DNA of 64,000 nt, taken from Tubulanus polymorphus. Taxonomy: Eukaryota; Animalia; Nemertea. This document shows positions 37,163 to 51,600 of this stretch, piece by piece (the first letter of the stretch is position 1; each line of letters starts with the position of its first letter). A program made the position numbers and the translations under genes. The notes under the pieces were generated by a model that saw nothing but the letters and a program-made list of their open reading frames with translations, ran no database searches and had not been told where the DNA came from. Location of the stretch: NCBI RefSeq assembly GCF_964204645.1, contig NC_134026.1, forward strand, positions 30,414,150 to 30,478,149, read 5' to 3'.

Positions 37163-38935
37163 ATTTACGCATAGCAGGCATTTATTGAATGAGAATATAT
37201 CAGTGGCAGCAGCAGCAGCAGCAGCAGCGGGGGCGGATAATTCGACGTGGGATCCGTTAACTATGTGGTGGTATCAGCAGGCTTTAGTGCAGCATTATCT
37301 CGGATAATTCAGTCATTTATTTTCATATATCGCGCTTCGTAAAACAGTTGATGTATACTGCAGGGTCCCGTTAAACACATAAATACAATGAAGTTCTATT
37401 TGTCTCAGTTTGTCAACTGAATAGAAACTGATTGTAAATATTGTAAATATCAAACTGAATTTTCATTAATATATTATTACGTACCTGATGATTGTAGTTC
37501 GGGTGAAGAATATGTTTCTAGTAATTCACTCAACCAGATAATTCGAGCAGCAATTCATCTATTGAATCTGAATCTGTATTTGGCAGCTATTGAACCGTGA
37601 ACTTTGCAGTTTGTAAATAGATTTCTTTTTTAGTTTTGAGCTTAGTTTGATCATTGTATAAATTGCATTTAATTATATTTAACTCTTGTATATAATCAAA
37701 ACTTATTCGGATTAATTGGAACTCCGTTGAATTTATTGTACAGAATGGTTACTGTATATATCTGAATCGTTCCTATGAGATTATTGGATACTTGTCTAAA
37801 CTTCTATTGATAATTGCTTTGTATAAATTGAATGCATTGAGTTCATTATTATTAGCACAATGCAAATGTCAATTTTTCGATTATAAGATTTTGAAATACG
37901 CATACAGTGGACTGTTCGCTCAAGTCGGATCCGTTCTACTCGGGAGAACCTTATTGAGGTTATGTATTTGTTTGCCTGCTAGTGTTGGAGACTTGCTCAT
38001 CATACATAGCAACAAAACATAATCGGGGGGATTTACAAACTTATCATTGTTCCGAAGAGCCCACTTGAGCGGAGTCTACTGCCAATATTCATCTTAAGGT
38101 TTTTTTTCATTCGTACAAATCTTTTCTGCGATGGCGTTATATATTTTTTTTGATTTAATTTAATTTAAGCGCATCCAGTTTGCGGTAGATTGACAGATTA
38201 ATGTTGTTTCTAATCGATCTAATTTAATAATAAATTTTATTTCTGCCAGGTTACAAATAAACAATAGTTCAGTCATTTCTGTATTTAAGTTGTCATCGGA
38301 TAAGTCATCAAGTCATTTTAGCCCAGTTAAGACTGTCACCCATCTTTTCAGTGCATGAATATTCTATTTAAACAGTAGTTTGTACTTTCCTCAAATCTCA
38401 CTCAACCAATAAATTTCATTCATGCATTAAATACAACACATCAATTGCCCTGAAGTAATGCGTAGTACACTTGTCTTAGTACACTTGCTAACACGCATCC
38501 ATGGAATCCAGATAATTTGGGAAGTTCAATAGATCGCTTTTTGCTGAACTTCATGAAACCTTCCAATGAGTTAAGTAAAGACATCAATCGATATGTTAAT
38601 TGATTGTTTATTGATCATGAAGCACCTCGGATACATTTCATTGTAATACTGAATAATATACAATTAACTTAATGGCAAATGATATAACATTTAATAAATC
38701 ACATTATTAAGATACTTAGCATAGACAAATTACACATGTGCAAGAGATTGAATAATTAGGACAATTGTAATACACTGTAATATCATACTAACTAGATATA
38801 ACGAACTATCAATTATAACAAACATATTCCTGGTCCCGTGAAGTTCGTTGTCACGTAGTTACACTGTAATCCTTGTCTCAGATAAAGGGGAACTGGTTAA
38901 ATTAGTCCCAAGTTCAGCAAAATTCAGAGTCTGAG

Positions 38936-41900
38936 TTAGGTGAGATTAACTGCAGAATTCGATTGTTCCTCATTGATGTTCAGACGATCTACAGACGTGT
39001 GAAATTCATCTAACTCTGATACAGTAGTCCTGCCAGACGATCTTCGCTGCTCTTCTTCAATCCATTCCTGAGGGATAAAAGTGACTCGTGTTAACATACA
39101 GTAAAACTCATTCAAGTCATCACTGATAAGTCATCAATGTAATGATCAACTACGACGACTAATCGAGTTTACAAAACACTGACCTTGACCTCTTCAGCGT
39201 ACATGCGCAAACTGAAATCTTCTTTACTTCTCATTCTTTCCCCGCGGTACCAAACACCTTCCTACATTTATAGAAATACAGTTGCAGGCAGCATGTGAAT
39301 TCCGCGGCAGTAGCGTAGGGTTGGGTTTCACCAACTTATGTGTTGGTTGCACTTGTAGAGCGTTGTAGATCACAGTGGATGCTACCACTTCATGACTGGG
39401 TAAAGGACGGGTCATTATCAAATTAACATTTCTTCACACGTGCGATAATCGGTGGTTATCAGGTCCGTTGCAAGTGCAGTTTAATGTTCGGATCTGTGAT
39501 ATTGAACCCCAGGTAAACAGATATAAGAATATTCAGCATTAGTTGCGAGGGTATCTAATGTCTATTTCAACCTGCCAATACAGTTTCAAATGTATTAAAA
39601 ACTGATGATTAAGGTCGACTGCCAGTACTTTCTGGTTCTATCAGGTATGTACCACCAAAACCGACTGAGCTAGGCCACCCGGAGTGCTCTCAAGTCAGGT
39701 TGAAATAGACATTAGGAGGACTATAAGATAAACTTACTGTAGCTGCTAAATTCAGCTGCATATTCATCAGATAGTAACTGTTTAGTATCACTGATGGTGA
39801 CTGTATAACTGCCAACTCTGTCGACGCTAGTTGAACATCGATCATTATTTTTGCATGTTCTGAAATAGTTTCTCAAAACGTTCAAAAATTGAGAGGAGTT
39901 TCTAGAGATTTCAGTGAAAATATCGGTTGAATTTACCGTCGATATCCTGACAACTCATGTGACGTCGATATTGAATACGAAACAAAAATGCCTCCAGTAG
40001 AAATGCAACGATAACATTCATAACGACCTGACAGAAAACAAACACAATATACAACTATATCATTTAGAGTTGAAGAGATAGAAATAAACAATAGAGTATC
40101 AAACCGATAGCAATGAAACAACCAAAAAGTTTTAAAACATCGAAAACTCTTATGTTTCAGTTTCCACTTGAAAACCATCACAAAGAAATGAAATTCAAGG
40201 AAATCCCTTCCTTGAAAACAGGTTTAAGCCGAAAATCGAAAGTTTTGAGTTTTTTGATAAATTTTTCCTAAAACTTTCGGTCTTTTCAAGGTGGGTTTGA
40301 CTTATCATCTTGAGTTATAACACTGAGAAATGACTATCATTAATTTACCATCATATTCAAATAGAACACCATGAAATATATACGTGACCATTCTGAACAT
40401 ACGTAGGCATAACCTTCCTGAAAAATATAGACTACATTTCAGCAAAACTGAATCATTCATTTCAACTCGTACAATACAATCTATAGACACTTACCATGAT
40501 TATAAACCAATTATTCACTACTGTTAACTCAAATAAAGTCACTAAAATACAAAGCAAGACAATGAACTAGTTACTGATAGCGAAGTGTGATTGGTCAGAT
40601 ATGTTGGTATACAATACTCTGCCTTACGCCTGTTGAAATTTATCTTCTATTTCCCTGATTTTCAACTTATTGAAATATTTAAAGCAGTCCCAATGCTACC
40701 GAGTGATTCCAACACTACCCTGATTCTCAACTACCGGGTATGTGAAATGTTTTACAGCCACCCCCAACGCTTCCTCCAGAGAGCAGAGTCTACTATATGC
40801 TAAATACTATGCATACCTCCAGCTGCGAGAATATTGTGGAAATCATTCAAATAATAATAGCCTTGATTGATAGATCCATTATAATAAACATAGTACTGTT
40901 CGACACTGGAATTTCTGAAATAGAAACATTTCATTTTCAGTTTTAAATCCTTCAGATCGATAAGAGTTCAAACCGGTTTCAGTGATTACAACTCACACAC
41001 AACAATCTCTCATATCAAACTTGTGGAAGATCTCGATACCAATTATAGCAAATATATAATAAGTCATTAGTATCGCAACCGATAAACTGAACAAACGAGA
41101 CATCAAAATATACAACGTGCCCAAAACATCTCGGAATGTTTGACTGACTTTAAACAATCTGCAAAATAATGAAAAAAACACGCGTAAAGTTCAATTGAAT
41201 GAAGAGATTCAAAGAATTATGGATTGTTTCAACTCACCGCAGCAAACGGAATAATCTCAGTAGGATAATAAACGCAAATCCATGAATGAATACTTGTAAA
41301 ACAAGACCGCATACACCGGACAGGGTGACAACAAAATCAAAACTACAATCAGAATAGAGATTACCATCAGTGATCAGAGATTTCTCAATTTCAAAATCAC
41401 GATTCAGTTCCACAGTTATTTCTTTGACTCTTAAAGTTAAAATTAGTTCATTTCCAATATTTCAACTCTGGAGGCAACCGAGAAGTATGGAACCCGAGTC
41501 CAGCTTCTTACGTATTCCAATTATCAGCAAAATATTCATGCGGTCCTAATCCGAGTAGCTTCAAAATCAATTCAACGAGATATACTGAAACAATAGAAAT
41601 ATTCAACATTGTGTAAAGTGTTGATCTACCGTATTTTTAAAGCTTCATCGAACAGATTGTTTAACGTACCGCTGACAAATGTTACATTGTACCAGGTGAG
41701 GTAAAATTGATCCTCAGTTACTGATTTATCCACTAAAATAGAAACAAATAGTGTGAAATAATTTAAGTTTCCTTTGTGCTTCAATAAACATTTATCACAG
41801 TATTTACTCACAAGATATTTCTACTGTTTCTGCCAGTAAAAATATAAAATTGGCCAAGATCACACCAGCTGAAAAACAGTACCAGTATCGAATTTATGAT

Positions 41901-44900
41901 TCCTAGTCAGTAAATGCTTCACGAAAAAAAAAATGCTAAAGCTTTTTAAAACTTACATATCACAAAATCAAATGCTTTCAAGGAGACAAACCAATGTACA
42001 CCTGCAAAATGAATATTGAAATGAATAAGTGTTTCAAATTCTAATACGGTTTAAAAAGTCGACGGTTCAGAAAATACTGTATACCTCGGAAAAATTTATC
42101 AAGGGGACGTCGAAAATTAGCAGACCAGATAGAAGGACCGGCAACAGGGCATTTCTGTAATCAAACCACACAATATCATAGTCATTAAAACATACAGTTT
42201 TTCAAATATCATTGAATAACATGTATAAATAATGTATATACCTTCCAATTGAGTCTTGTTATATCATAAATTTCGCAAAATTCTTCAAACGTTAAAAGTC
42301 CAGTTTTGCTTCGATTCAATGTTTTAAACATCAAATAAACATCGGTTTTTTCTGTAAAAAGAAAAATACCATAATATCATATATCATGCTTGGTTATAGA
42401 TTTTAGATGTGTGTACTTACTTTTTCTCGGTTTATAGAATTTCAGTAATCCTTGAAAATGTCTGATTGAAATCTGTTTTGGATGCTGAAATAGAAGTAAA
42501 ACAGAGCGCTTTAGTCAGACAGAATACTTAGTCGAAATTGATAATTCAGAGATGAAAATAATACGAACCCGTTTACTGACGAGTAAACTAAATGCGTATT
42601 GACATGCCTGACGTTTGTGTAGAAACAATTTCTTCAACTTTGCTTTCTCAAATCTAGTAAAACTCTCATAAACAACTGCTAATACCTGATAAATAATAAT
42701 TACATGCAAAATAATATTTTTTCAAAGATGACAAACGAAGTTTGTTCGAATCTCTCGAAAGACTCACCAAATTCATAACGAAGTATAATTCAACTGCGAG
42801 GTAAATAATGAAGAATATACAAGACCAACGACTGTTGTTATAAGCAGGCATCATTACATCGGGGTAACTGAAATAAACATCAAATAAATACTTCATAAAC
42901 TTAATCTAACACAGTCATCGGTTCAGAGAATGAGAATACTGATATTTACTTAGCTGTAGTCAGCAGTACGAATAAACTGATAAAACTTGTCCAAATTGTA
43001 TCAAAATACTAGAATGATAAGAATTATAGAATTAAAGCATCATCATCATCACTGATTAAAGTAGAAGATATCGGTACTCACTGAATCACTTTCAATAGTG
43101 TGGAATAAATAGAAACCTACAATAGAGAAAGTACACCATGTCATAGATGAATATGTTCATATTTTATATGGAAAATTTTATATAGAGAACTTTAGTAAAT
43201 TTGTTTCATTCTTCATTTCAACTACTGGTAATATTAGCTCAAGAAAACATTTCAGACTCTTTTTCCGTTTCTATTGTGAGATTTAATCTTGTATCATCAT
43301 TACAACACAAAGACAGCGCTTCATCAATGATTCACTTGCAAAGTGTTTTCCCTTTTAACTCACCTAAAATCGAGAATATAATCATGAAAAATATCAACAG
43401 AGCCAACATCTGAAATACTGGTTTCAGCGATTGTACGAGTTGCCTCATAAACCTTCAAAATAACAATCACATCGAATTGAGTGAGTAACAATTTCACGAA
43501 TGGTAGACTAGAATTTGTTTATGAGTTTGAATCGAGTTCTGACCTCCTAACGCTTGAACTGTAATGACAGTCGAGAAAAAACAAAGGACGAATTGTTCGC
43601 GTGACTCGAATATGACTGGTTCTTCTGATTAGAATTACTAAAGCTTCGACTACCATAACAGCAATAGCACTGGCCTATGAAATATAGTTATAACATTCAG
43701 CTGAATTTCTACAACGCCGTATTTCATTATGAGTTTATTCTCCATGGTCAGTCTATATTGTAATGTCTGTAACATGGTTTCTGGGATAGTTAGTTTTTGA
43801 ATACAACATACTTCACTTTGCTCTGATTCAGCTTAGACGCTTTGACAATCCTTCAATAAAGTTGAAAATGAATTTAAAAACAACGTTTTACTGGTCATAT
43901 TTGATGTATGTACTCCAAAATCTGAGTGAAATTATGTCAAAAGCCAGCTTACAACCAACAAAATATAGACTACGCTAATAATTAAAAGTTTTTTTGGATG
44001 CATAAAATATTTTCTCAATAATCTTTTGAATTTTTTTCATCTATGGTATCAAGTCGTATATAAACCTTGAACATTGTGCGAGGATGTTTCACAAATGTTT
44101 TCCAGCCGAGCCACCTGAGTTTCAATACAAGCTCAACAAACATCACAAACAAACATAACATTTCTAATGAAGCGTGAGCCTAAAATATAAAAAATTGAAT
44201 TCATCGTACGTGGTTTCAATTAAACATGATTGGCAGATTAATTTTTGAAATTTCTATCAGTTTGATACAATTCTGTTAACCTATTGAAGTGTTAAACTAG
44301 AAAGCAATGCATATTAAATCCAATTACACCTTCAATACGAGAATATCTTGAATTTTGAATTTAATTTTTTAATGCGCTAATGATCTTTAAAAACAACAAT
44401 TTTCAAGAACAGCTACGTATGACTGAATAAAATGCTTCTTACTGCGTTTGGTATTTTAACTACAGCCGGAGGTTCAAACATTGTCAGAGCCAATAACAAC
44501 AACGACGAACATAATTCTGACAAATAGAAAAATCTATTGTGCGCGAGGAAATACGCGGGTAGCGCTTCTTGACTTCGCGGATGATTTGTGAATTTATCAT
44601 TCGCTTCACCTTCCTCTAAATAGATAGCGGCCTCTTTATAATTGAGTTCCCATTGTACAGTTCGTACTCGTGAATATTGCACTGTTCCATCTATTGTTAA
44701 ATTCTCCAGACTCGTCGGGATATCAGCGGCGATATTGCCAACTCTGTTCGCAACATCAAACGCTGAAACTGGATATAAAACATAGTACAATATCACCAAG
44801 CACCGAGACAGATACTACTACTGCTACTACTACTAATAAACGTACAGAATTCAAATGATCTGAGTGGGGCCCAGAGATGAGTGGTCCAATAACAATTGTG

Positions 44901-45331
44901 TATATGACGTGTCTGCGACCTATAGTCGTGTAAAATCGTGGGGTATTCAGAATGGGTTAAATTTTATATCACAGGGATTTGTCACGATTGATAATGGATG
45001 AGACCAATGATGGGGGTACCAGTATCCCTGCAACTGTATAGTGGATCTGGTCATTGATATTGGTTTTATTCATTCACTATCAATTGTGACAAGTCCCTGT
45101 GTTTTATATAGGCCCCTAGCCCCAGTGAGTGAAGTAGGGTAAGGGTTTTTAAATTGCATCGTTTAGTAAACGAATAATATGAAATGAATAATATAGATAA
45201 TAATTAATGTCGCATCTTAATCTCTCTATCTCTCTCTCACCAGCTCTCGACCTGTCATCGCTTAAATCATCATCTAATTCATCATTTTGAGCATCGAAAT
45301 TAGGATTATCCAATCCACAAGTGTCATCCAT
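38936..45331 (-). CDS. TPCN1: Two-pore channel 1, about 20+ exons
   Basis: [34 protein letters not shown] is TPC1-type; pore 1 [19 protein letters not shown]; pore 2 [15 protein letters not shown]; C-terminal [19 protein letters not shown]; stop at 38936-38938. The ATG at 45331 is the best candidate start. Confidence 0.92.
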
Positions 45332-45847
45332 GTTATTGAATTGAATTGGATTATATACCGCGACGACCTTGAGAAACAGATTAACGCAAGTTTATAAAGG
45401 TCAATGTTGCTTCAACCGGTTTCTAAGAGGCGATTTACTACGTCTTGTAGGGTGATTAGTTTAGAGAAAAAACGATTTACCTCTTATAATTGTATAATCA
45501 TTAAGTTATTAGATTCTTAATTATTATCAAAATGTATTTTACGGTACAATTTTAAGATAGAAATGTGATGTTTTGTGGGACTATTTGTTGCTAGTGTATG
45601 ACTCCATTGTTATTGAGATGACGTGATCAGGCATATTGACACAAACCAGGAAGTGAAACTAAACAGTTGATTAGAAAGTTGAATATTTAGGCCTAAAGAA
45701 ATACAAGAATCAAAACATTATATCATCTGGACGCAATATACGGAAAAGGTTTTTTTAGTGTAAAAAAATTGAATATCGAAGTTTGACATCGATTTGAACG
45801 ATCATCATAATAATTGTTGATTTAAAAATCACCATTTCTTGAACAAC
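45332..45847. promoter_or_regulatory. Bidirectional promoter region TPCN1/IQCD
   Basis: Only 516 bp separate the divergent ATGs; contains ETS-like CAGGAAGTG (~45647) and CRE/E-box-like ATGACGTGA (~45618). Confidence 0.6.
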
Positions 45848-48153
45848 ATGGCTACTGAAGTTGCACAAATGGAGACTTTACAAATGAAGATGCCAAACCG
45901 CGGTTTTGTGTCTAGTAATGTTCCCAGGAATGCCAACAATTTAAACAAGAAAGAGAAGTTTAAAATGGATCCGTTGCGAGCGTTGGAACCGGCGCGTAAG
46001 AAGCTCTCATCGGTGGAATCACAGAGAGTCATCGCCGTGCTCGAAGACACGATGAAACGAATCGAATTATTGACGATTTTACCGCAAATAACCGAACAGG
46101 TCGATCGATTCAGTATCGTGTTCGGCAGCGAGTTAACCGGATATTTGAAAGAGCATAAAATAATGAAAGACAGCTTCGACGAGGTGACGCAAAAACTCGA
46201 AAAACTTCGAGATACTCCGGCGCCGGAGGACGATGAACCATACGATTTTGAAGAAGATTTTTACACGCGTCCTCGCAGTAAACCGAGTACGATGTCAGCG
46301 GTGAGTGGAGTCAGTCATAAAGAGAGCGAAACATCGACTGTTCGAAGCGGATCAGCAGCGTCGAGCACCGGTAGCCAGATAGAAAACCTCGACAGAACGC
46401 AACAATTTCTAGCGGAGCAAATAAACTTTTCGGTGCGTAGTATCCTGCGTGGATTCGCTAATAATCCAGCAGCTCTGACCGCCGTTAAAAATGAGTTCAC
46501 GCATCGACCGAGAACCGTTCGAAATCTGCTTCACGCTCTGGGTGAAATGAAAGATATAATGATGGGACGTCTATTGACTACTCCTCTCGAGGCACAAGAG
46601 AAAATGCAGTACCTTACGATGATAACGCAACAAGAAAGACAGAGTTCTGTATTAATCGAGAAATTAGAAGCAGAACTGAATTCTGCTTTAGCCGACAAAG
46701 ATCAAGAGGTAAACAATTGACACATTTTCTCAGTAGACTGCAGGCTTGCTGAGGAGTTGATTGCCTCAGATTATCACGTACCCCAGACTCTGTTTATCAT
46801 GGAGCTGATTGCCTCAGATTATCACGTACCCCAGACTCTGTTTGTCATGGAGCTGATTGTCTCAGATCTTCATGTGCTCACCGGACAAAATGTTTACACC
46901 ATTCATGTAATGACTGCTCATTGATCGCCCCAGAATTTGCTTACCTCGGAGAAAGATTATCCATGAGTCCCATGAGATTCGAGTCAACTGGATAGTCATT
47001 GGCTTCTTGTGACCAGTTTTATTGAGATTACAAGCTTTCACTACTAGAGTGGCTTCATATGTAACCTGAAACTATGCACTATTAGCAAAAACTTGTAATT
47101 CATTATCTTACCTACAAAGTCCCACTTATCTTCATGTTTAATGTTAACTGTTTCACATTCTCACAAAATAAATGCGATCATTTCAGATTCATAAACGCAA
47201 TGATGTGATCAGGAAATTACAAGCTGATCTGCATCAAATTGAGAAGTTTTCCGAAGAACACATTCGCCGCACGAAATCTGAAGCCGAAAAACAAGAAAGT
47301 TCCGACATAAAATCCAGCGAAGGAAAGAGACAGAAAATGACGGCAGATAATACACAACTAAAAACACAATTACAGAATCTGATCAGTGAACACAGAGAAA
47401 ATGAATCAGAACTTAGAAAGGTAAGATCAGGACCCAGTTTAATAATCATGTCTTAGACTTAGGACTAGTCTAACCCCCTCCACCGAGACCAAGGTAACAC
47501 CATCTTAGTTCTATAGTCAGCCTACCAACTTGGGATGAGATTTAAGATTTTGGACTTCAGAATCGCCAATGCCCCCCATTCCCAGTTTCACAGTCATTTA
47601 CAGACTCTGTGTCAAATCTTTAAAGAGAACTGTGGAACTAGATCCATGTTCCATCTATATGGTCTCTAAACGTAAGCACTAATTATCAATTTGTTTGTAA
47701 TACTTTCAGAGAAAATATAAGATTGAAACTGAGGTTGAAAACTGGATTCAAAAATTCGATCAAGACATGGGAGAAAGACAGGTAAATAATTGATGAGAAA
47801 TAGATTGCTGTTCTTCTATTCTATTGCTGAGATTTATTCTTTTATGAATTTTGATTGAATTTTAGGATGAAATTGAAAGAGTTGACGCCATTTATACGGA
47901 AGAAAAGAAACAACTGCACGAATTAGAAGAGCGTTTTAAAACCCTAGAAGAAGAATACAATCAGATAATGGAAGAGAGAAGAATCGCTCAGGAAAAACGA
48001 GAAGAAGCCGAACGTGAAATGCAGTTGATGATTCAAGCTGCAACGGTTGTTCAAGCTTTCTGGAGATCGTTTAAAGTTAGAAAGGCTCTTAAGGGCAAGA
48101 AAAAGAAAGGGAAAGGGGGCAAAGGAAAGGGCAAAAAGGGAAAGAAGAAGTAG
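45848..48153 (+). CDS. IQCD: Dynein regulatory complex protein 10 / IQ domain-containing protein D, 4 coding exons (~45848-46708, 47187-47420, 47711-47781, 47866-48153)
   Basis: LEPARKKLSSVESQRVIAVLED, RLLTTPLE, ENESELRK/RKYKIETEVENWIQKFDQDMGERQ, and the IQ motif AATVVQAFWRSFKVRK followed by a K/G-rich tail are typical of DRC10. Confidence 0.92.
46731..46870 (-). repeat. Short dispersed relative of the 33-bp minisatellite element (IQCD intron 1)
   Basis: GCCTCAGATTATCACGTACCCCAGACTCTGTTT (x2) is the near reverse complement of the 20330-20970 unit, and is preceded by CAGTAGACT like the TIR at 20252. Confidence 0.75.
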
Positions 48154-48530
48154 ACATTGCACTAGGTGAAAGCCTTCAGCAAATAATCATTAATGTTGAT
48201 GTAATCTATACTTGTTGGATAAGTTTTGGAAATTTGTACAAAATAGTAACAAAATTGTTGAAATTATTGGTGCTTTGAATGGAAAAAACTACATGTATTG
48301 TTTAAATGAAATAAATACGAATTAATTCAGAAGTTACAATATATCCATATTTTCTGTGTTTTGCTCTTTCATTTCACAAAACGCAGACCCCAATTTTTCA
48401 TTCAAAAAAGGAAAAACTCAAACGTGGAAAAGGTTCGAAAGAAGAATTATTTTGGAAAAATATTGATTGTCAACTCAAGTAATTCACCAAAACATGGACG
48501 GCTTGCAGTCCTGGCGATCCATATTGCTCA

Positions 48531-48668
48531 CCCCGATACTAGCTGGGATTTGAACCACAGACCTATGACTTGAAAAGCCATAGTGCTAACCCCGATACTA
48601 GCTGGGATTTGAACCACAGACCTATGACTTGAAAAGCCATAGTGCTAACCACTAGACCACAGGACTCC
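48531..48668 (-). mobile_element. tRNA-derived SINE head or tRNA pseudogene with a ~59-bp tandem duplication
   Basis: Minus strand reads TGTGGTCTAGTGGTTAGCAC...GGTTCAAATCC (Pol III A and B boxes); 48531-48589 is repeated directly after itself; no convincing acceptor stem. Confidence 0.6.
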
Positions 48669-51600
48669 GGTGCTAACTTCTGTTTGGAAGCTTGTCTGGT
48701 TAGTGTGGTGACCAGTTAGTTGAAGTTAGATCGGTCAGGTTTGGTGACTGATCACTGATTGCCAATGTAATCATAACAATTTATCAGGCAGTTACCAATA
48801 ATTTCCAAGGGCAGTTCATGATTCTGAAGTATGTTTTGTGTTAGATAGATATTTCGGTTAGTATTTCGCAAATAACAGGAATTATGGCCAGTGTTACTAA
48901 TCCGTTGTTGAGATTGCATTGATGACTGCGAATGTGGTGTCAAATTTCAGATTAATGTTTCGACTGAATGATGTCTGAAGAAGGGTTGGAAATGTATTAA
49001 TTAATTTACAGTCATGAACTGGTGCTGTTGGTTTTTCATTCATACACTCAGAATGGTTGCTGCCACTAATTAATCATCTGAATTGATGCCCTCGAAATGC
49101 ATCAATTATTTGACGCAATTTTTCACTAATGGAAAATTAGTGGAATAAACGCGATTGTGTGCAGTCATTATGGACCTTTCACATTCAGTTCATCATTGTC
49201 AAATCAAATTACTCATAAACGTGATAAGATCATTAGCTAAATTCATTTAAATATCCCAGCGGACTCACTGTAGCGATGACATATAAATGTACACATCAAT
49301 GTTAATGGTATTGCAGTACTATGAATGTTGTTAATAGTGTTAAATAGCTCTTAGTCTGAAACATTCATTGTGCTTTTATCTTGCAAATGGTTCCATGAAA
49401 TTATTGTTATGATTTCCTGGCGATTTCACATTTAATCCTTCAATAATTATCGGCATTAGTTTGAGTTTGAGATCATTTAGGCAGTGGATTTATAATGTAG
49501 AGTTGATATACATGCTTTGCTTTGACCTGTTGGTTTAAATTCATTCATTGACAATAGGATCCGGTTCCACAGAAACCTCAGAGTTCCACGGTGATGGTTA
49601 ATGGTGGATCAAAACCAGATGATGTGCACCTCTCAGCCTAACCCTAGTTGGTCATTCAGGATTCAGCTCACTTTGTTGTGGTTAAATGTTGGATCTGTCC
49701 TATAAATCAACACACGAGACCTGTTTCGAACGACTTAAAAACCACTCGTAATTTCAACAGAAAATTTTTATTTTGAAAAGTAGACACTTTAATCATAATT
49801 GTTATTTTTGTTTCCACGAGGACAGCCGATTATATTTCACACTAACTTTTCGCATCAATTATTTTCCAAGTGAAGAAAATAATAATAAACAATAATAATA
49901 ATAATAATAGTAATAATAATAATAATACAGTGATCTTGTGGATGAGAAACAATATCAATATTTTTCCATAATCATTCATACGATTATTATATTATAAAAT
50001 GGTCATGATTCATAAAAGTAAAAGCAAAAAATATCGGGAGCAAAATAAAAATGTCATTAATTTTCTATCCGATCATGGATTAGGAGTCTTTAGAAACCAT
50101 GCAGAAATCATTAACAATATCTAATGACACGGACAAACAATACATGTTTAACTTAGGATGGACCTGATGTTACAAGTTTAATCAATTAGATGATTTCAAC
50201 CAGCTGCTCAGTCGTGATTAACCAGCTTGAGCTAAACCATCATCATCTCTATGACGAGAACATCTTCAGACATTCAATATCCATTAACAACTAGAGAATG
50301 CTCGTATGAAGTTCAGCTATCAAACGTTAAAGAGTCATAGAATCAAATAGCTACAATCAGTAGAACACCGTGCATAGTTTCAAGCAGAATACAGCCAGGA
50401 TCACAATGAGACAATTTGACCCGCGACAAACTGGCTGGAACTAGATCCTAGTGAAATTTGGCGCGTGCCTAATTTAGAGAACAAGTGAATAGCATACAAA
50501 TGCAATAATTTGACCTGTGCTAAAATTTGGTTCAGGCTCGGTCCAACGTTTTTGGTCGCAAAAAATTCAGGTCAAAAACTCTTATGTGATCGTACCCATC
50601 TTCAAGATTCTGTCTGAAATGTTTGATGCATTTATGCTGTCCTTCTGATTGTGGATTTTTGATCGTTACCAGCTTTAGACTGCTATAAGTCTATTGCAAT
50701 GTAAACATCTCTAAGTAACTGTCCCACAGAAGGAGGCAGCGTCTAATTATTTGTACAGTTCTTTTTATCGTCTAATAGTAAATCTTAATCACACACAAAC
50801 AACGAACAAACATTCACATTTCTCCCGTTTCATTCAATAGCGAGTTTGATTAAGATGAAATATGACCGGAAATCTATTGATAACTCCATTCCGTAATAAA
50901 GTGTCGCCGGTAATGTGTCGATGATTTACAGTGATATGGAACGTTACACTCGACTAATCTGCCCGAAACCCAAAAACTTCATCTTCTTAAAAGCTATAAA
51001 TATTGATAACGATATGTCAGCTATCTGATCACTGTCGTACCACGTTCAGCTAAGGATTAATTAAGCAAGATTTATTTCGGTAAGGCATTTCCAATTAAGA
51101 TAGAGGCATTAATTTTTTTCAAGAATAAGAAGTAAAGAAGGGATAGAAGGGAGAGGGTAATGTGGTTCTCTGATAGTATCGTCAAACTTGCTAAATTCGG
51201 ATCAGTAGAATTCAGTTTTTGATGTATCTTTTTTTAATCTATGGTCTGCCTTTAAATAAATGTACGTAAAATATAAAATTAATCTGGTTCCTCATAAAAA
51301 AGATTAATTTCATCGATCCAAAATGATCATATACCGTCCTTTACTGAAATCTAATGTTTTATCAGGATTTCTCATAAACCGGAAGAATTTCGGCGGTTTC
51401 AAACGGATCCGAATTAAGCTGATTCTATTGTAATTGAAATACTGGAATGCAATAGAAGTATTTCAGTAGTAAAGTAAGTAATTCATGATTTGAAAAAAAA
51501 TTGTCCGTAATTTGCACGAAGTAAATATCAATTTCATTGAAGCGCGATTTTCGAATGAGATATGTAGAGCAGAGGAATGTTCGTTACTGAAAACTCACTT

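Noticed and set aside
48531-48668. Functional tRNA gene
   Set aside because: A and B boxes are present but I find no proper acceptor stem and part is duplicated. Similar B-box-only remnants at ~15205-15250 and ~53190-53350 were also not called; tRNAscan-SE would settle it.
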